A stretch of DNA of 64,000 nucleotides from an uncultured Candidatus Saccharibacteria bacterium (GCA_964555185.1 CAZKRD010000004.1:755-64754), one strand, 5' to 3'; positions 30,694 to 40,539 are shown, numbered from the stretch's first letter. Translations and numbers: made by a program. Notes: generated by a model not told the origin, from the sequence alone.

Positions 30694-33025
30694 CAAAAAA
30701 AAGAAGTTTTATTGTTTGGATATGTTCCCCTATCCTTCCGGAGCCGGTCTGCACGTTGGCCACCCCGAAGGGTATACGGCCACGGATGTTGTTTCGAGGT
30801 ATCATAGGATGAAAGGCGATAATGTCCTCCATCCGATCGGCTGGGACGCTTTTGGTCTGCCTGCTGAAAACTACGCGATTTCCCAAAAAGTTCATCCAGA
30901 CAAGAGCACGCACGATAACATCAAGCGTTTTAAGTCCCAGATCAAATCCTTGGGCTTTTCCTATGATTGGGAGCGGGAAATAGACACCTCGGATCCAGAG
31001 TATTATCGCTGGACCCAGTGGTTTTTTCTTTTCTTATACAAAAACGGCTGGGCTTACCGGGCCCGGGCGCCGGTGAATTGGTGTCAAAGCTGCCAGACGG
31101 TTTTAGCCAATGAACAAGTGGTAAACGGCAAGTGCGACCGCTGTGAGGGCGCGATCAGCCAGAAAAATTTGAAGCAGTGGTTTTTTAAGGTAACTGATTT
31201 TGCGGATGATTTAATTGCCGGTTTAGATAAAATCGATTGGCCCGAGTCAACCAAGCTGATGCAGAAGAATTGGATTGGCAAAAGCAAGGGCGCGATTATA
31301 AAATTTCAAATTACAAATGACAAATTACAAACAAATTCCAAATCCAACATTCCAAAAAATTACTTTTTAGAGGCTTTTACTACTCGTCCCGATACTATTT
31401 ATGGGACAACTTATATGGTCGTAGCGCCGGAACATAAGATAATTGAAGGATTAAAAGTTAAGATAAAAAATTATAGCGAGGTTTTAAAATATGTGAAGCA
31501 AGCGAAAGAAAAAAGTGATCTGGATCGAATTGATTTGACTAAAGAGAAAACTGGGGTGAAACTCGAGGGAATTTGGGCAATTAATCCGGTAAATAAGGAA
31601 AAAATTCCAATCTATATTGCTGATTATGTTTTAATTTCTTATGGCTTGGGCGCGATTATGGCTGTGCCAGCGCATGATCAGCGCGATTGGGAATTTGCGA
31701 AAAAATTTAATCTTCCGATCAGGCAAGTGATCCAGGGAGGAGATATTAAAAAGAAGGCTTATATTGGTGATGGCAAATTAATAAACTCAAAGATTATTGA
31801 TGGACTTAATGTGCAGGCGGCGATTACTAAAATTAGTTCTTGGCTTGAGCAGAAGGAACTAGGGGGAAAGATGACAAACTACAAGCTCCGCGATTGGCTG
31901 ATCTCGCGGCAGAGGTATTGGGGCGCGCCGATTCCGATTGTTTATTGCGAGCAGTGCGGCGAGGTGCCGGCAGCAGAGCGCGATTTACCAATAAAATTGC
32001 CAAAGGATGTTGACTTTATGCCAACCGGCGAATCACCGCTTCACGGGTCCCGCGAATTTCACAAGGTAGAGTGCCCAAAGTGCGGGAGACGAGCGCGCAG
32101 AGAATCAGACACGATGGATACTTTTGTCTGCTCTTCTTGGTACTTTTTCCGCTACTGCGATCCGAGAAACAGCAAGGAATTTGCCTCCAAGAAATTATTA
32201 AAATACTGGCTGCCGGTTGATCTTTATGTGGGCGGAGCAGAACATACGGTTTTGCACTTGATGTACTCCCGTTTTTTCACCAGAGCTTTATATAGGAAGG
32301 GCTTGATTGATTTTGATGAACCTTTTTTGAAATTACGGCATCAGGGCATGGTTTTAGCTCCTGACGGCCGCAAGATGAGCAAGTCTTTGGGCAATGTCGT
32401 CAATCCTGATGACGTGATTTCAAAATACGGCGCGGATACAATGCGGCTTTATGAGATGTTTATGGGGCCCTTTGCGGATAGTATTCCTTGGAGCACAAAG
32501 GGAGTGATCGGCATGCGTCGGTTTTTAGAAAAGGTTTGGAAGATAAGGTCAAAGATTAAACCTCAAAGTCAAAAATTAGAGAAGTTGGTGCATCAGACTA
32601 TCAAGAAGGTCAGTGAGGATATTGAGAATTTTAAATTCAACACCGCGGTTTCGGCTTTGATGATCTTGGTCAAGGCAATGAAAAAAGAGGTTCAAAAAGA
32701 ACACTTTGAGGCACTTTTGCTTCTACTTTCTCCTTTTGCCCCGCATCTTTCGGAAGAGCTGTGGCAAGGTTTAGGAAATAAAGAAAGTATATTTAGGCAA
32801 AACTGGCCCAAGTACGATCCAGATCGGGTCTGGGAACAAGAAATCGAACTTGTGATCCAAGTCAATGGCAAGGTGCGGGCGCGGGTTGAAGCGCCGGCTG
32901 ATATTTCTCGAGATAAAGCTAAGAAGCTTGCCCTTGCGCAAGACAATGTCAAGAAATGGGTAGGGGATAAAAAGATTAAACGTCTTGTTTTTATCCAAGG
33001 CAGGTTAGTCAATATCGTGGTTTGA
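30608..33025 (+). CDS. leuS: Leucine--tRNA ligase
   Basis: MFPYPSG.GLHVGH, GWDAFGLPAEN, FTTRPDT, DWLISRQRYWG, KMSKS; ATG at 30608. Confidence 0.97.
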   Translation: MEKYNPQKIEPKWQKQWEKEGLNRARDFSKKKKFYCLDMFPYPSGAGLHVGHPEGYTATDVVSRYHRMKGDNVLHPIGWDAFGLPAENYAISQKVHPDKSTHDNIKRFKSQIKSLGFSYDWEREIDTSDPEYYRWTQWFFLFLYKNGWAYRARAPVNWCQSCQTVLANEQVVNGKCDRCEGAISQKNLKQWFFKVTDFADDLIAGLDKIDWPESTKLMQKNWIGKSKGAIIKFQITNDKLQTNSKSNIPKNYFLEAFTTRPDTIYGTTYMVVAPEHKIIEGLKVKIKNYSEVLKYVKQAKEKSDLDRIDLTKEKTGVKLEGIWAINPVNKEKIPIYIADYVLISYGLGAIMAVPAHDQRDWEFAKKFNLPIRQVIQGGDIKKKAYIGDGKLINSKIIDGLNVQAAITKISSWLEQKELGGKMTNYKLRDWLISRQRYWGAPIPIVYCEQCGEVPAAERDLPIKLPKDVDFMPTGESPLHGSREFHKVECPKCGRRARRESDTMDTFVCSSWYFFRYCDPRNSKEFASKKLLKYWLPVDLYVGGAEHTVLHLMYSRFFTRALYRKGLIDFDEPFLKLRHQGMVLAPDGRKMSKSLGNVVNPDDVISKYGADTMRLYEMFMGPFADSIPWSTKGVIGMRRFLEKVWKIRSKIKPQSQKLEKLVHQTIKKVSEDIENFKFNTAVSALMILVKAMKKEVQKEHFEALLLLLSPFAPHLSEELWQGLGNKESIFRQNWPKYDPDRVWEQEIELVIQVNGKVRARVEAPADISRDKAKKLALAQDNVKKWVGDKKIKRLVFIQGRLVNIVV

Positions 33026-33056
33026 ATTTTTCAACAATTAAACAAAAAACAAAAAA

Positions 33057-33503
33057 ATGAAACAAGCAAACAACAGGGTGACGAAAGGTTTTGCAGCGGT
33101 CCTTGCGGTTATCATTGTCGTATTGGTTCTGGCGGCAGGGGGCGGGGTCTTTTATTATTTCCAAAAGAATCAGTCAGCGGGAGATGTCGTAACCAGCAAT
33201 GATCTTTTAGAGGTGAGTTCTCCTGTTCCTGGCCAGAAGATCAGAAGTCCGGTTTTGGTTTCGGGCAAGTCCAATTTTTTTGAGGCCCACACCCGGATTC
33301 GGATTACCGATGATAACGGTCAGATCCTCGCCGACACTTTTACCACGGCAGAGGGGTGGATGGATCAGCTCTATCCTTTTTCCAAGGAGGTTTCTTATGG
33401 AAATCCATCAGCTAAAAAAGGTATTGTCGAGGTTTTTGCAGAGTCAGCCAAAGACGGAAGCGAAATCAGCAAGATCACGATTCCGGTAGTTTTTCAGGAT
33501 TAG
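33057..33503 (+). CDS. Membrane-anchored Gmad2-like Ig-domain protein
   Basis: Pilin-like GF-hydrophobic N-terminus; V.SP..G..I.SP..V.G....FEA...I.I.D..G. Confidence 0.7.
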   Translation: MKQANNRVTKGFAAVLAVIIVVLVLAAGGGVFYYFQKNQSAGDVVTSNDLLEVSSPVPGQKIRSPVLVSGKSNFFEAHTRIRITDDNGQILADTFTTAEGWMDQLYPFSKEVSYGNPSAKKGIVEVFAESAKDGSEISKITIPVVFQD

Positions 33504-33534
33504 ATGAGATTTTTTTAGATTTCATTCAGAATGA

Positions 33535-33563
33535 AAACCTGTGGATAAGTTCCGCAGGTTTTT
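33535..33563 (+). terminator. Putative intrinsic terminator
   Basis: AAAACCTGTGGA-TAAGT-TCCGCAGGTTTTT after the 33503 stop. Confidence 0.55.
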
Positions 33564-33657
33564 AGGCTGTGTAGGTTTTTTTCTGACAAGAGATATATGA
33601 TTTTTCATTTATTTTAAGCCGAAAAATCAAACAATTGAAATTTTTGCAGAAAAAAAC

Positions 33658-33685
33658 TTGACAAGATTTCTAGAAGGTTTATAAT
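33658..33685 (+). promoter_or_regulatory. Sigma70-type promoter of the TrmB-glmS cluster
   Basis: TTGACA-16 nt-TATAAT, 19 nt before the ATG. Confidence 0.7.
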
Positions 33686-33704
33686 GTAGAAGTATTTTCA
33701 AATT

Positions 33705-34493
33705 ATGCTGATTACGACTTTAGAACAATTAGGGCTTTCGGAAAAGCAGGCCAAGACTTATCTGGCTTGTCTTAGATTAGGCCCGGCGCCTGTCCGCAGG
33801 ATCGCGGAAGAGACCAATTTGAATCGGGGCACGTGTTATGACACCCTGAAGGGATTAATGGAGAAGGGTTTGGTCAGTTACTATCATCAAGATAAACATA
33901 AATATTTTGTGGCCGAGGATCCGGGGAAACTAAAAGAGCTGATTAGATCCCGGGAGCGGGAGCTCAAAGAAGCAGGGCAGAGGGTTGCTAAAATTATTCC
34001 AGAATTAAAATCAATTTATGATAATGCCGAAGACAAGCCGGTAGTGAAATATTATGAGGGTCTTCCCGGGATCAAAACAGTCTTGAAGGATTTGCTGCAT
34101 TCTTTTGAGGGAGCGAAAAAGAAAGGATATTTTGTTTATTCGGCTGCTGACATCCGGGATTATTTATACCGAGCTTACCCCGAGTTTACTGGAGAGAGGA
34201 TCCGGGCAAAGATTCGGGTCAAGGTGATCGCGATTGGTTCGGGCGGGCGGCTCTGCGGTCTGGACGAACGCAAGTGGCTGTCTCGGGCCAAGAGCTCGCC
34301 TACTTATATTTTGGTTTATCAAAACAAAACAGCTTTGATTTCAGTTGATAAAAACAAAATCTCTCACGGAGTGATTATTGAAGACGAGGGAATTTATTAC
34401 ACCCAAATTCTTTTGTTTGAGAAAATGTGGAAGTCTTTGGAGCTAGCAAAGAGAGTGAAGGGTCGCGGGTGCGGGAGGTGCAAAGAAGATTAA
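33705..34493 (+). CDS. TrmB-family HTH transcriptional regulator
   Basis: L..LGLS.K.A..YL..L.LG......IA....LNR...Y..L..L..KGLV; V.YYEG..G. Confidence 0.85.
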   Translation: MLITTLEQLGLSEKQAKTYLACLRLGPAPVRRIAEETNLNRGTCYDTLKGLMEKGLVSYYHQDKHKYFVAEDPGKLKELIRSRERELKEAGQRVAKIIPELKSIYDNAEDKPVVKYYEGLPGIKTVLKDLLHSFEGAKKKGYFVYSAADIRDYLYRAYPEFTGERIRAKIRVKVIAIGSGGRLCGLDERKWLSRAKSSPTYILVYQNKTALISVDKNKISHGVIIEDEGIYYTQILLFEKMWKSLELAKRVKGRGCGRCKED

Positions 34494-34543
34494 TTTTAAA
34501 ATAAGAGCGGCTTTTTTAAAAACAGATTTTTTGGGATAAAACC

Positions 34544-34578
34544 TGGGGTCCCCGAAAAATCGAAGATTTTATGGGGTA
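34544..34578. repeat. 35-bp palindromic dispersed repeat, copy 1
   Basis: TGGGGTCCCCGAAAAATCGAAGATTTTATGGGGTA; 2 mismatches to 54811-54845. Confidence 0.8.
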
Positions 34579-34670
34579 TCTAAAAAGACTAACCCATCGC
34601 GATTTGGTCGGTCCGATAGGTTAGTCTTCCTTGATCGTATAATAAAGCGGCTCTCTCGTCAATTTTTTCT

Positions 34671-36440
34671 ATGTGCGGAATTATTGCCTATTGGGGAAGA
34701 CAAGAGGCGGCCAAAGTGATTTGGGAGGGCTTGCGCAGTCTTGAGTACCGCGGTTATGACTCTTGGGGGATTGCGATTTTTAAAAACAAAAGGATTGGGC
34801 TTTGCAAGAGGATAGGCAAGATCAGCAGAGCGCGGCTGCCCCGGTTTGCTTTGAAGCAAGCAAGGGTCGGCTTGGGGCACACCCGTTGGGCCACGCACGG
34901 CAGGGTGACCAAGGCCAATACCCATCCCCATTTATCGCAATCCGGGCAAGTGGTCGTGGTTCATAACGGGATCGTGGAGAATTTTAGTTCTTTAAAAACA
35001 GAATTGAAGAGCAAGGGTTATCAGTTTCAAAGCGAAACAGATACAGAGATTATTGCCAATCTTTTTGATTATTATCTTAACAAAAATTCTTTGGAGCGGG
35101 CGGCGCGGAAGGTTTTCGGGAGACTCAAGGGCAGGAACGCGGTAGTCTGTTATCATCGCAAGACAGAGACCCTGGTTGGTTTCAAATCCGGCTCACCCCT
35201 TATTTTCGGTTTGAAGGATAAAAAAGAGATTTTCTTTGCTTCGGACCAAACCGCTCTTTTGCAAGATAAGCCCCAGGTCAGACATCTTCAAGACGGCGAG
35301 ATGGTTTTGGCCCGGCCCGAAGAGTTTGTTTTTTACAAGATGGGGACCAATCAGAAATTAGCGCCGCGTTTTAGGCGATTAACAGGCGAAAAGGAAAGAG
35401 TGAGTAAACGAGGCTATGCTCATTTTATGCTTAAAGAGATCTGTGAACAGCCGCGGAGCATTATGCGAGCGCTTGCTCAATCCGAAGAAGATTTGAAGAG
35501 GGTGAGCAGAGCAGTCAGGAAGGCGAGAAGAGTGTTTTTGACCGGGGTCGGGACAGCAGGGCAGGTCTGTAATTTTGTCCGGTATTTTTTCGCTAATTTC
35601 CTAGCCCGCGAATTCGACTTTATCTTGGGCTCGGAACTTGTTCACTTTACTTCTCTACTCAAACAAGGAGACTTATTGATTGCTGTTTCTCAAAGCGGGG
35701 AAACCGCGGACACGATTGGGGCGATTGAACTTGCCAAAGAGAAGGGTCTCAAAATAGTTTCTGTGATTAATGTTCAACATTCCACTATTGATCGCCTTGC
35801 TGATTACAGTTTATTAATTCGGGCAGGCGTCGAAAAAGCGGTTGCCTCGACCAAGGCCGCGACCGGGCAAATCGCGGTTTTGGCGCTCTTGGCCTTTACC
35901 CTTTGGGGAAGACTCTCTGAAGGCAAGAGGATTTTGGAGAAATTAGCAACAGAAAGCGAACGGATTTTAAGTTACTCTTATCGGTTAAAAGTGAGAAAGC
36001 TGGCGGCGCTCCTGACAACCAAGAAAGATATTTATATTATTGGACGAGGATTAAATTATCCGATTGCCCGCGAGGCGGCAATCAAACTGCAGGAGGTGAC
36101 TTATATTCACGCCGAGGGATTTCCCGGCGGCGAGTTAAAACACGGCCCGCTCGCCTTAATCGAGAAGGGGACACCGGTTGTTGTTTTGGTGGACAGCGAG
36201 ACGCGAGAGGAGATTTTGAGTAATGCCCAGGAAGTGAAGGCCCGGGGCGGCTTGCTTTTAGGGATCGGGCCGGGGAAAGAGGAAGGTTTTGATTTTTGGC
36301 TCCCGACCGCTAACCTCGGGCTTTTGCAGGGAATGCTGAATCTGTTTCCGGTCCAGCTTTTGGCCTATTATTTAGCTGTCGCTCGAGGGATTGATCCGGA
36401 TATGCCGCGGAATTTAGCCAAGGCCGTAACCGTGAAATAG
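34671..36440 (+). CDS. glmS: Glutamine--fructose-6-phosphate aminotransferase
   Basis: MCGI, LEYRGYDS, GHTRWATHG, HNG, SQSGETADT, VASTKA, ELKHGP, PRNLAK.VTV. Confidence 0.96.
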   Translation: MCGIIAYWGRQEAAKVIWEGLRSLEYRGYDSWGIAIFKNKRIGLCKRIGKISRARLPRFALKQARVGLGHTRWATHGRVTKANTHPHLSQSGQVVVVHNGIVENFSSLKTELKSKGYQFQSETDTEIIANLFDYYLNKNSLERAARKVFGRLKGRNAVVCYHRKTETLVGFKSGSPLIFGLKDKKEIFFASDQTALLQDKPQVRHLQDGEMVLARPEEFVFYKMGTNQKLAPRFRRLTGEKERVSKRGYAHFMLKEICEQPRSIMRALAQSEEDLKRVSRAVRKARRVFLTGVGTAGQVCNFVRYFFANFLAREFDFILGSELVHFTSLLKQGDLLIAVSQSGETADTIGAIELAKEKGLKIVSVINVQHSTIDRLADYSLLIRAGVEKAVASTKAATGQIAVLALLAFTLWGRLSEGKRILEKLATESERILSYSYRLKVRKLAALLTTKKDIYIIGRGLNYPIAREAAIKLQEVTYIHAEGFPGGELKHGPLALIEKGTPVVVLVDSETREEILSNAQEVKARGGLLLGIGPGKEEGFDFWLPTANLGLLQGMLNLFPVQLLAYYLAVARGIDPDMPRNLAKAVTVK

Positions 36441-36453
36441 GAATTAATCTTTA

Positions 36454-37533
36454 GTGATTTTTATGCGCGTTATTTACTTTGACGACGATAAAGTAAAACA
36501 GTTGTCCCCGGTAACCTTAACCCGGAGAGCAAGTCAAATCAGTTGTGGAAGCTACACGCTGGAGCGGCTTGTTACTGAAATTTTTAAACCCAGCTCTTTC
36601 TCTTATCGTAAAGCTAAGATGGATTCCGGCTGGAAATTTGTTAATAATGCTTTATACTTAAATAGCCGCACCCTCCCTTGGGTCCGCTCTCTTTTAAAAT
36701 TAAAAAAGGCCCTGGAGTACGGAGGAAAAGAAGGCGATTTGTTCCTGCTTTCTTATCCTTGGCAAATAGTTTTAGAGAGCAACCGCATTTTGGGCGATAA
36801 TCTTACTTACAGGATGTGCGAGTTTACGAGGCACGCAAACGGGGTTTATTTGGGCGATAATGTTGAGTTGCACAAGAGCGCGATTTGCGATTTGACAAAA
36901 GGACCGATCATTTTGGATCGTGGTGTCAAGGTTTCTCCCTTTGTGGTCTTGCGCGGTCCTCTCTACGTGGGCCCAGAAACCAAGATTCGTGACTTTACTT
37001 CGCTTGCTCATTCCAGCATCGGCAAGGTCTGCAAGCTGGCTGGCGAGATTGAAGAGAGTGTGATTTCCGGCTACACTAACAAACAGCACTATGGTTTTGT
37101 CGGCCATAGTTATATTGGCTCTTGGGTCAATTTAGGGGCAGGCACTACTTTTTCCGATTTAAAGAATACTTATGGCGAGATTAAGGTGAATTTTTTGGGC
37201 AAGAGACGGGGGATTGGGACCCAGTTCTTTGGCGCGGTCGTGGGTGATTATGTTAAGACGGCAATCAATACTTCTGTAAGCTCTGGGAGATTGATTGGTC
37301 CGAATAGCTTTTTGTACGGCCTGGTTAGCGAGGATGTCCCGCCTTTTGTCAATTATTTTCAAGGCAGGATGGTGGAGTTTTATTTAGAGGAAGCATACAA
37401 GGTGCAGAAGAGGATGTTTTTGCGGCGCGGCCGCAAGGCCAGAGCTCGAGATCGCCTTATTTTGCGGCAGGCTTTTTTAAAAAGTAAAGCGGAGCGTGAG
37501 GGGAGGGTGGAGAGAAAGGAGTTTAGTTTGTGA
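36454..37533 (+). CDS. GlmU-like sugar nucleotidyltransferase/acetyltransferase (left-handed beta-helix)
   Basis: L.P.TLTR.....CG..TL N-terminus; GE...S.....NK.H.GF.GHSYIG.WVNLGAGT..SDLKNTY. Confidence 0.75.
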   Translation: MIFMRVIYFDDDKVKQLSPVTLTRRASQISCGSYTLERLVTEIFKPSSFSYRKAKMDSGWKFVNNALYLNSRTLPWVRSLLKLKKALEYGGKEGDLFLLSYPWQIVLESNRILGDNLTYRMCEFTRHANGVYLGDNVELHKSAICDLTKGPIILDRGVKVSPFVVLRGPLYVGPETKIRDFTSLAHSSIGKVCKLAGEIEESVISGYTNKQHYGFVGHSYIGSWVNLGAGTTFSDLKNTYGEIKVNFLGKRRGIGTQFFGAVVGDYVKTAINTSVSSGRLIGPNSFLYGLVSEDVPPFVNYFQGRMVEFYLEEAYKVQKRMFLRRGRKARARDRLILRQAFLKSKAEREGRVERKEFSL

Positions 37534-37564
37534 CTATTATTATATTTATTAAAATATAATTGTT

Positions 37565-38569
37565 ATGGCTAAAAGAAAAAAACCAAATATTGTCTGCCTT
37601 GGGGCAGGCACAGGGCAAGCTACGGTCTTGCGCGGCTTGAGAAAATATGACTGTAATTTGACCGGCATTGTCGGCGGGACGGACAATGGCGGTTCTTCAG
37701 GCGTCCTTCGCCAGGAGATGGGGATTCCCCAGCCAGGAGACACCAGGAATTGCCTTGAGAATGTTTCGGATCCAAATCATATCTTGACTAAGATTTTTGC
37801 TTATCGGTTTACCGAAGGATCATTTAAAGGGGTGAGCTTGGGGAATCTGATTTTAGCGGCCTTGACTCGGATCACCGGGGATTTCGGCGAAGCGGTAATG
37901 GCAGCCAATTCGCTTTTGAAGACCAGGGTTAGGATTTATCCAGTCAGCGCGACTAGCACCCACATTGCTTGTGAATTAAAGAATGGTAAAAAAATCCGCG
38001 GAGAATGGGAGATTATTCTCCGTAAAGACCCAAGTTCGATCAAGAGAATTTTTTTAACCAAAAAATCCGAGGCCTTTCCACCTGTGCTCACCGCTCTTTC
38101 AAAAGCCAACCTGATTATTATTGGTCCAGGATCTTTGTTTACGGGCGTTTTACCCCATTTTTTGGTCAAAGGACTGCCAGAAGCAATTAAGGCCTCGCCC
38201 GCTAAGAGGGTCTATATCTGCAATATGATGACCCAGCCCGGTCAGACCATGAACTTTAAGGTTTCAGATCATATCAAGCAGGTGAAGAAATATTTGGGCC
38301 AGAATCCTGACTGGGTTGTCGTGAACAGCGGCAAGATCAGCCAGGAGATTTTAGAGCACTACAAAAATTTTAACTCGGCCCCAGTTAAGGTGGATAAGGT
38401 GCGAGGGGTGAAGACGATCGCGAGAGCTTTGGCCCTAAACCAGGTAGGCGAGGCAGTGCACAGGGAGAACGTACGGATGCGGCATTTTCGCGTCTGGCGG
38501 GAATGGACCCATCTTCTGCGGCATGATTCGGATAAGTTAGCGAAGATTTTGATTGGATTGGTGAAGTAA
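37565..38569 (+). CDS. YvcK/GlmR-family (UPF0052, CofD-like) protein
   Basis: G.GTG, DNGGSSG.LR, PGD.RNCL, GNL, GPGSLFT, N.MTQPG.T, RHD..KLA. Confidence 0.9.
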   Translation: MAKRKKPNIVCLGAGTGQATVLRGLRKYDCNLTGIVGGTDNGGSSGVLRQEMGIPQPGDTRNCLENVSDPNHILTKIFAYRFTEGSFKGVSLGNLILAALTRITGDFGEAVMAANSLLKTRVRIYPVSATSTHIACELKNGKKIRGEWEIILRKDPSSIKRIFLTKKSEAFPPVLTALSKANLIIIGPGSLFTGVLPHFLVKGLPEAIKASPAKRVYICNMMTQPGQTMNFKVSDHIKQVKKYLGQNPDWVVVNSGKISQEILEHYKNFNSAPVKVDKVRGVKTIARALALNQVGEAVHRENVRMRHFRVWREWTHLLRHDSDKLAKILIGLVK

Positions 38570-38599
38570 CAGAGGCAATAGATTTATCCGTTTTTATTT

Positions 38600-40423
38600 A
38601 TGAAATTAAAAGCAGTGATTTTGGCGGCAGGCGAGGGGACTCGCCTGCACCCTTTTTCAACAAAAGAATACCCTAAGGTTTTGTTTCCTTTTCGGGGCAA
38701 GCCCTTGCTTTGTTATCACATTGAGGAGTTTTTGGAGGCCGGTGTTCGCGATTTTATCGTGGTTTGCAATCCAGAGAATAAAGTGGCAGTGAGTGGAATT
38801 GTTAAGAAGGAACACCCTAATTTAAAGATTGCTTTGGTTGTCCAGGATAAGCAGTTAGGGCCTGCCCATTCTGCTTACGCGGCAAAAGATCAGCTTCGGG
38901 GCACTGATTTTTTTATTTTGAAATATGGCGATAGTTGGACCAAGGCCTCGAGGTTGAAGATGATTCTGTCCCAGTTTCCCAAGGATCCGCGGGATGGGAT
39001 AGTTTTTTTAACCAAGGTTTCTGACTTTAAACGATTTGGCATTGCTCGCTTTGAGGGAGAGACTCTTGTTAAGATTGTGGAGAAGCCAGCTAAAAATCCT
39101 CCTTCTGATTTGGCTTGGCGGGGAATCAGTGTTTTGAGTGTTCAGAAGTTTTTAGCCGGTTTTTCAAAAGATAAAGTTGGGCCGGGCAAAAAAGAGGTTC
39201 CCCCGCCAGAATACGTTTTAAGGGCCAAGGGTCGGTTAAACTACAGGATTGTGAAATACTCTAAACTGGATTTAGGCTATCCTTGGGATATTCTGTTATT
39301 AAACAGAGCGGTCTTGGATAGATTCGGCGGTCAAAATTTAGGCAGAAGAATCGGAGCAGGAGCATCTATTTCTCCCAAGAGTTTCATCGGTCCGAGAGCA
39401 GTGATTGGGCCTGGAGTCCGGATCGGAGATTATGTTTCTTTGGAGAGAGCCTGGGTCGGCAAGGACGCGGTGATTGAGGATTCCTATTTAATGCCGGGCG
39501 CTAGAATTGGATCAGGAGCGAAAATTAAGAGAACCGTTGTTGGCCGCAAAACAGAAATTGGTCCGGGTTTTGTTACTAAAGACCAGACCAGAGGGAAAAA
39601 CAAAGTTTTTGTTAAAGGGGAATACAGGGAAGCGCCCTTTTCTGCTTTGGGTTGTTTCTTGGGCCACAGGGTCAAGGTCGGACCAAAACTTTTTTCAGAT
39701 TCTGGCAGAGTGGTTTATTCAGGGAGAGAGGTGAACAAAAATATTGTTCACGATATTTTGCCGATTCGCGCTGTGTTTTTTGACGCGGACAACACAATTT
39801 ACAATACTCGAAAAGTAGCGAAGCTCGCGGACAAACGGGCAATGGCTTATTTGGCTTCTGGTACTCCGTATCGGCCGGAAGATTTATATGATTATTGGCA
39901 CGACAAGATCGTTGCCAAATTAAAACAGAGCCAGAACCCAAAACTGCGCCACAGACATTATTCCTATCAGAGGTTGATCAAGGAATTTAAGCTTGGAAAG
40001 AGCAGCCAAAGAACTTTTTTGGCTTTTCGCAGTGAATTGGTTAAGCATTTGGAGCCAGCGGCCCATCTTAAAGGCGTGCTTGGGAGGCTGGGAGACTATC
40101 AAAAGGCAATAGTTTCCGAGGACAACCGAGATTTAATTGATTTTAAACTTAAGGCCTTGGGACTTTGGAAGTATTTTGATTTGGTGATTGCCGCTTCCGA
40201 TATTGGCACAATGAAGCCCTCATCAACATATTTTCAATCCACCTTGGCTAAATTAAAGCTCTACCCAGGCCAGGCAGTGATGATCGGAGATGATTGGGAA
40301 AAGGACTTGGCTTTGGCTTTTGATTTGGGCTTGCGGACAATAATCTGGGGCAAGAAGGACTCGCGAGCGCACAGGGCTCTTAAGGATTTTAGGAAGTTGC
40401 CGGGACTTTTGAAGATCATCTAA
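38600..40423 (+). CDS. Nucleotidyltransferase-LbH-HAD hydrolase fusion
   Basis: ILAAGEGTRL.P....PK N-terminus; hexapeptide repeats; C-terminal DADNT, KP and GDD...D HAD motifs. Confidence 0.8.
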   Translation: MKLKAVILAAGEGTRLHPFSTKEYPKVLFPFRGKPLLCYHIEEFLEAGVRDFIVVCNPENKVAVSGIVKKEHPNLKIALVVQDKQLGPAHSAYAAKDQLRGTDFFILKYGDSWTKASRLKMILSQFPKDPRDGIVFLTKVSDFKRFGIARFEGETLVKIVEKPAKNPPSDLAWRGISVLSVQKFLAGFSKDKVGPGKKEVPPPEYVLRAKGRLNYRIVKYSKLDLGYPWDILLLNRAVLDRFGGQNLGRRIGAGASISPKSFIGPRAVIGPGVRIGDYVSLERAWVGKDAVIEDSYLMPGARIGSGAKIKRTVVGRKTEIGPGFVTKDQTRGKNKVFVKGEYREAPFSALGCFLGHRVKVGPKLFSDSGRVVYSGREVNKNIVHDILPIRAVFFDADNTIYNTRKVAKLADKRAMAYLASGTPYRPEDLYDYWHDKIVAKLKQSQNPKLRHRHYSYQRLIKEFKLGKSSQRTFLAFRSELVKHLEPAAHLKGVLGRLGDYQKAIVSEDNRDLIDFKLKALGLWKYFDLVIAASDIGTMKPSSTYFQSTLAKLKLYPGQAVMIGDDWEKDLALAFDLGLRTIIWGKKDSRAHRALKDFRKLPGLLKII

Positions 40424-40428
40424 GAATT

Positions 40429-40531
40429 AATTTTCAATTTTCAAACTAAGACTTAGGTAATTTTTTTAAAAATTAGTTATTGGAAATCCCACTTCGCGAG
40501 GCGAGTATTTGGAAATTGGTCATTGGAAATT
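40429..40531. repeat. Degenerate heptamer inverted-arm element
   Basis: AATTTTC x2 on the left; TTGGAAA TTGGTCA TTGGAAA on the right. Confidence 0.6.
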
Positions 40532-40539
40532 AAAGAAAC

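Noticed and set aside
33540-33548. DnaA box TGTGGATAA / replication origin
   Set aside because: It is a single box inside a terminator-like hairpin, with no box cluster or dnaA nearby.
34494-34670. glmS ribozyme
   Set aside because: The core AGCGCC...GACGAGG motifs were not found on the sense strand.
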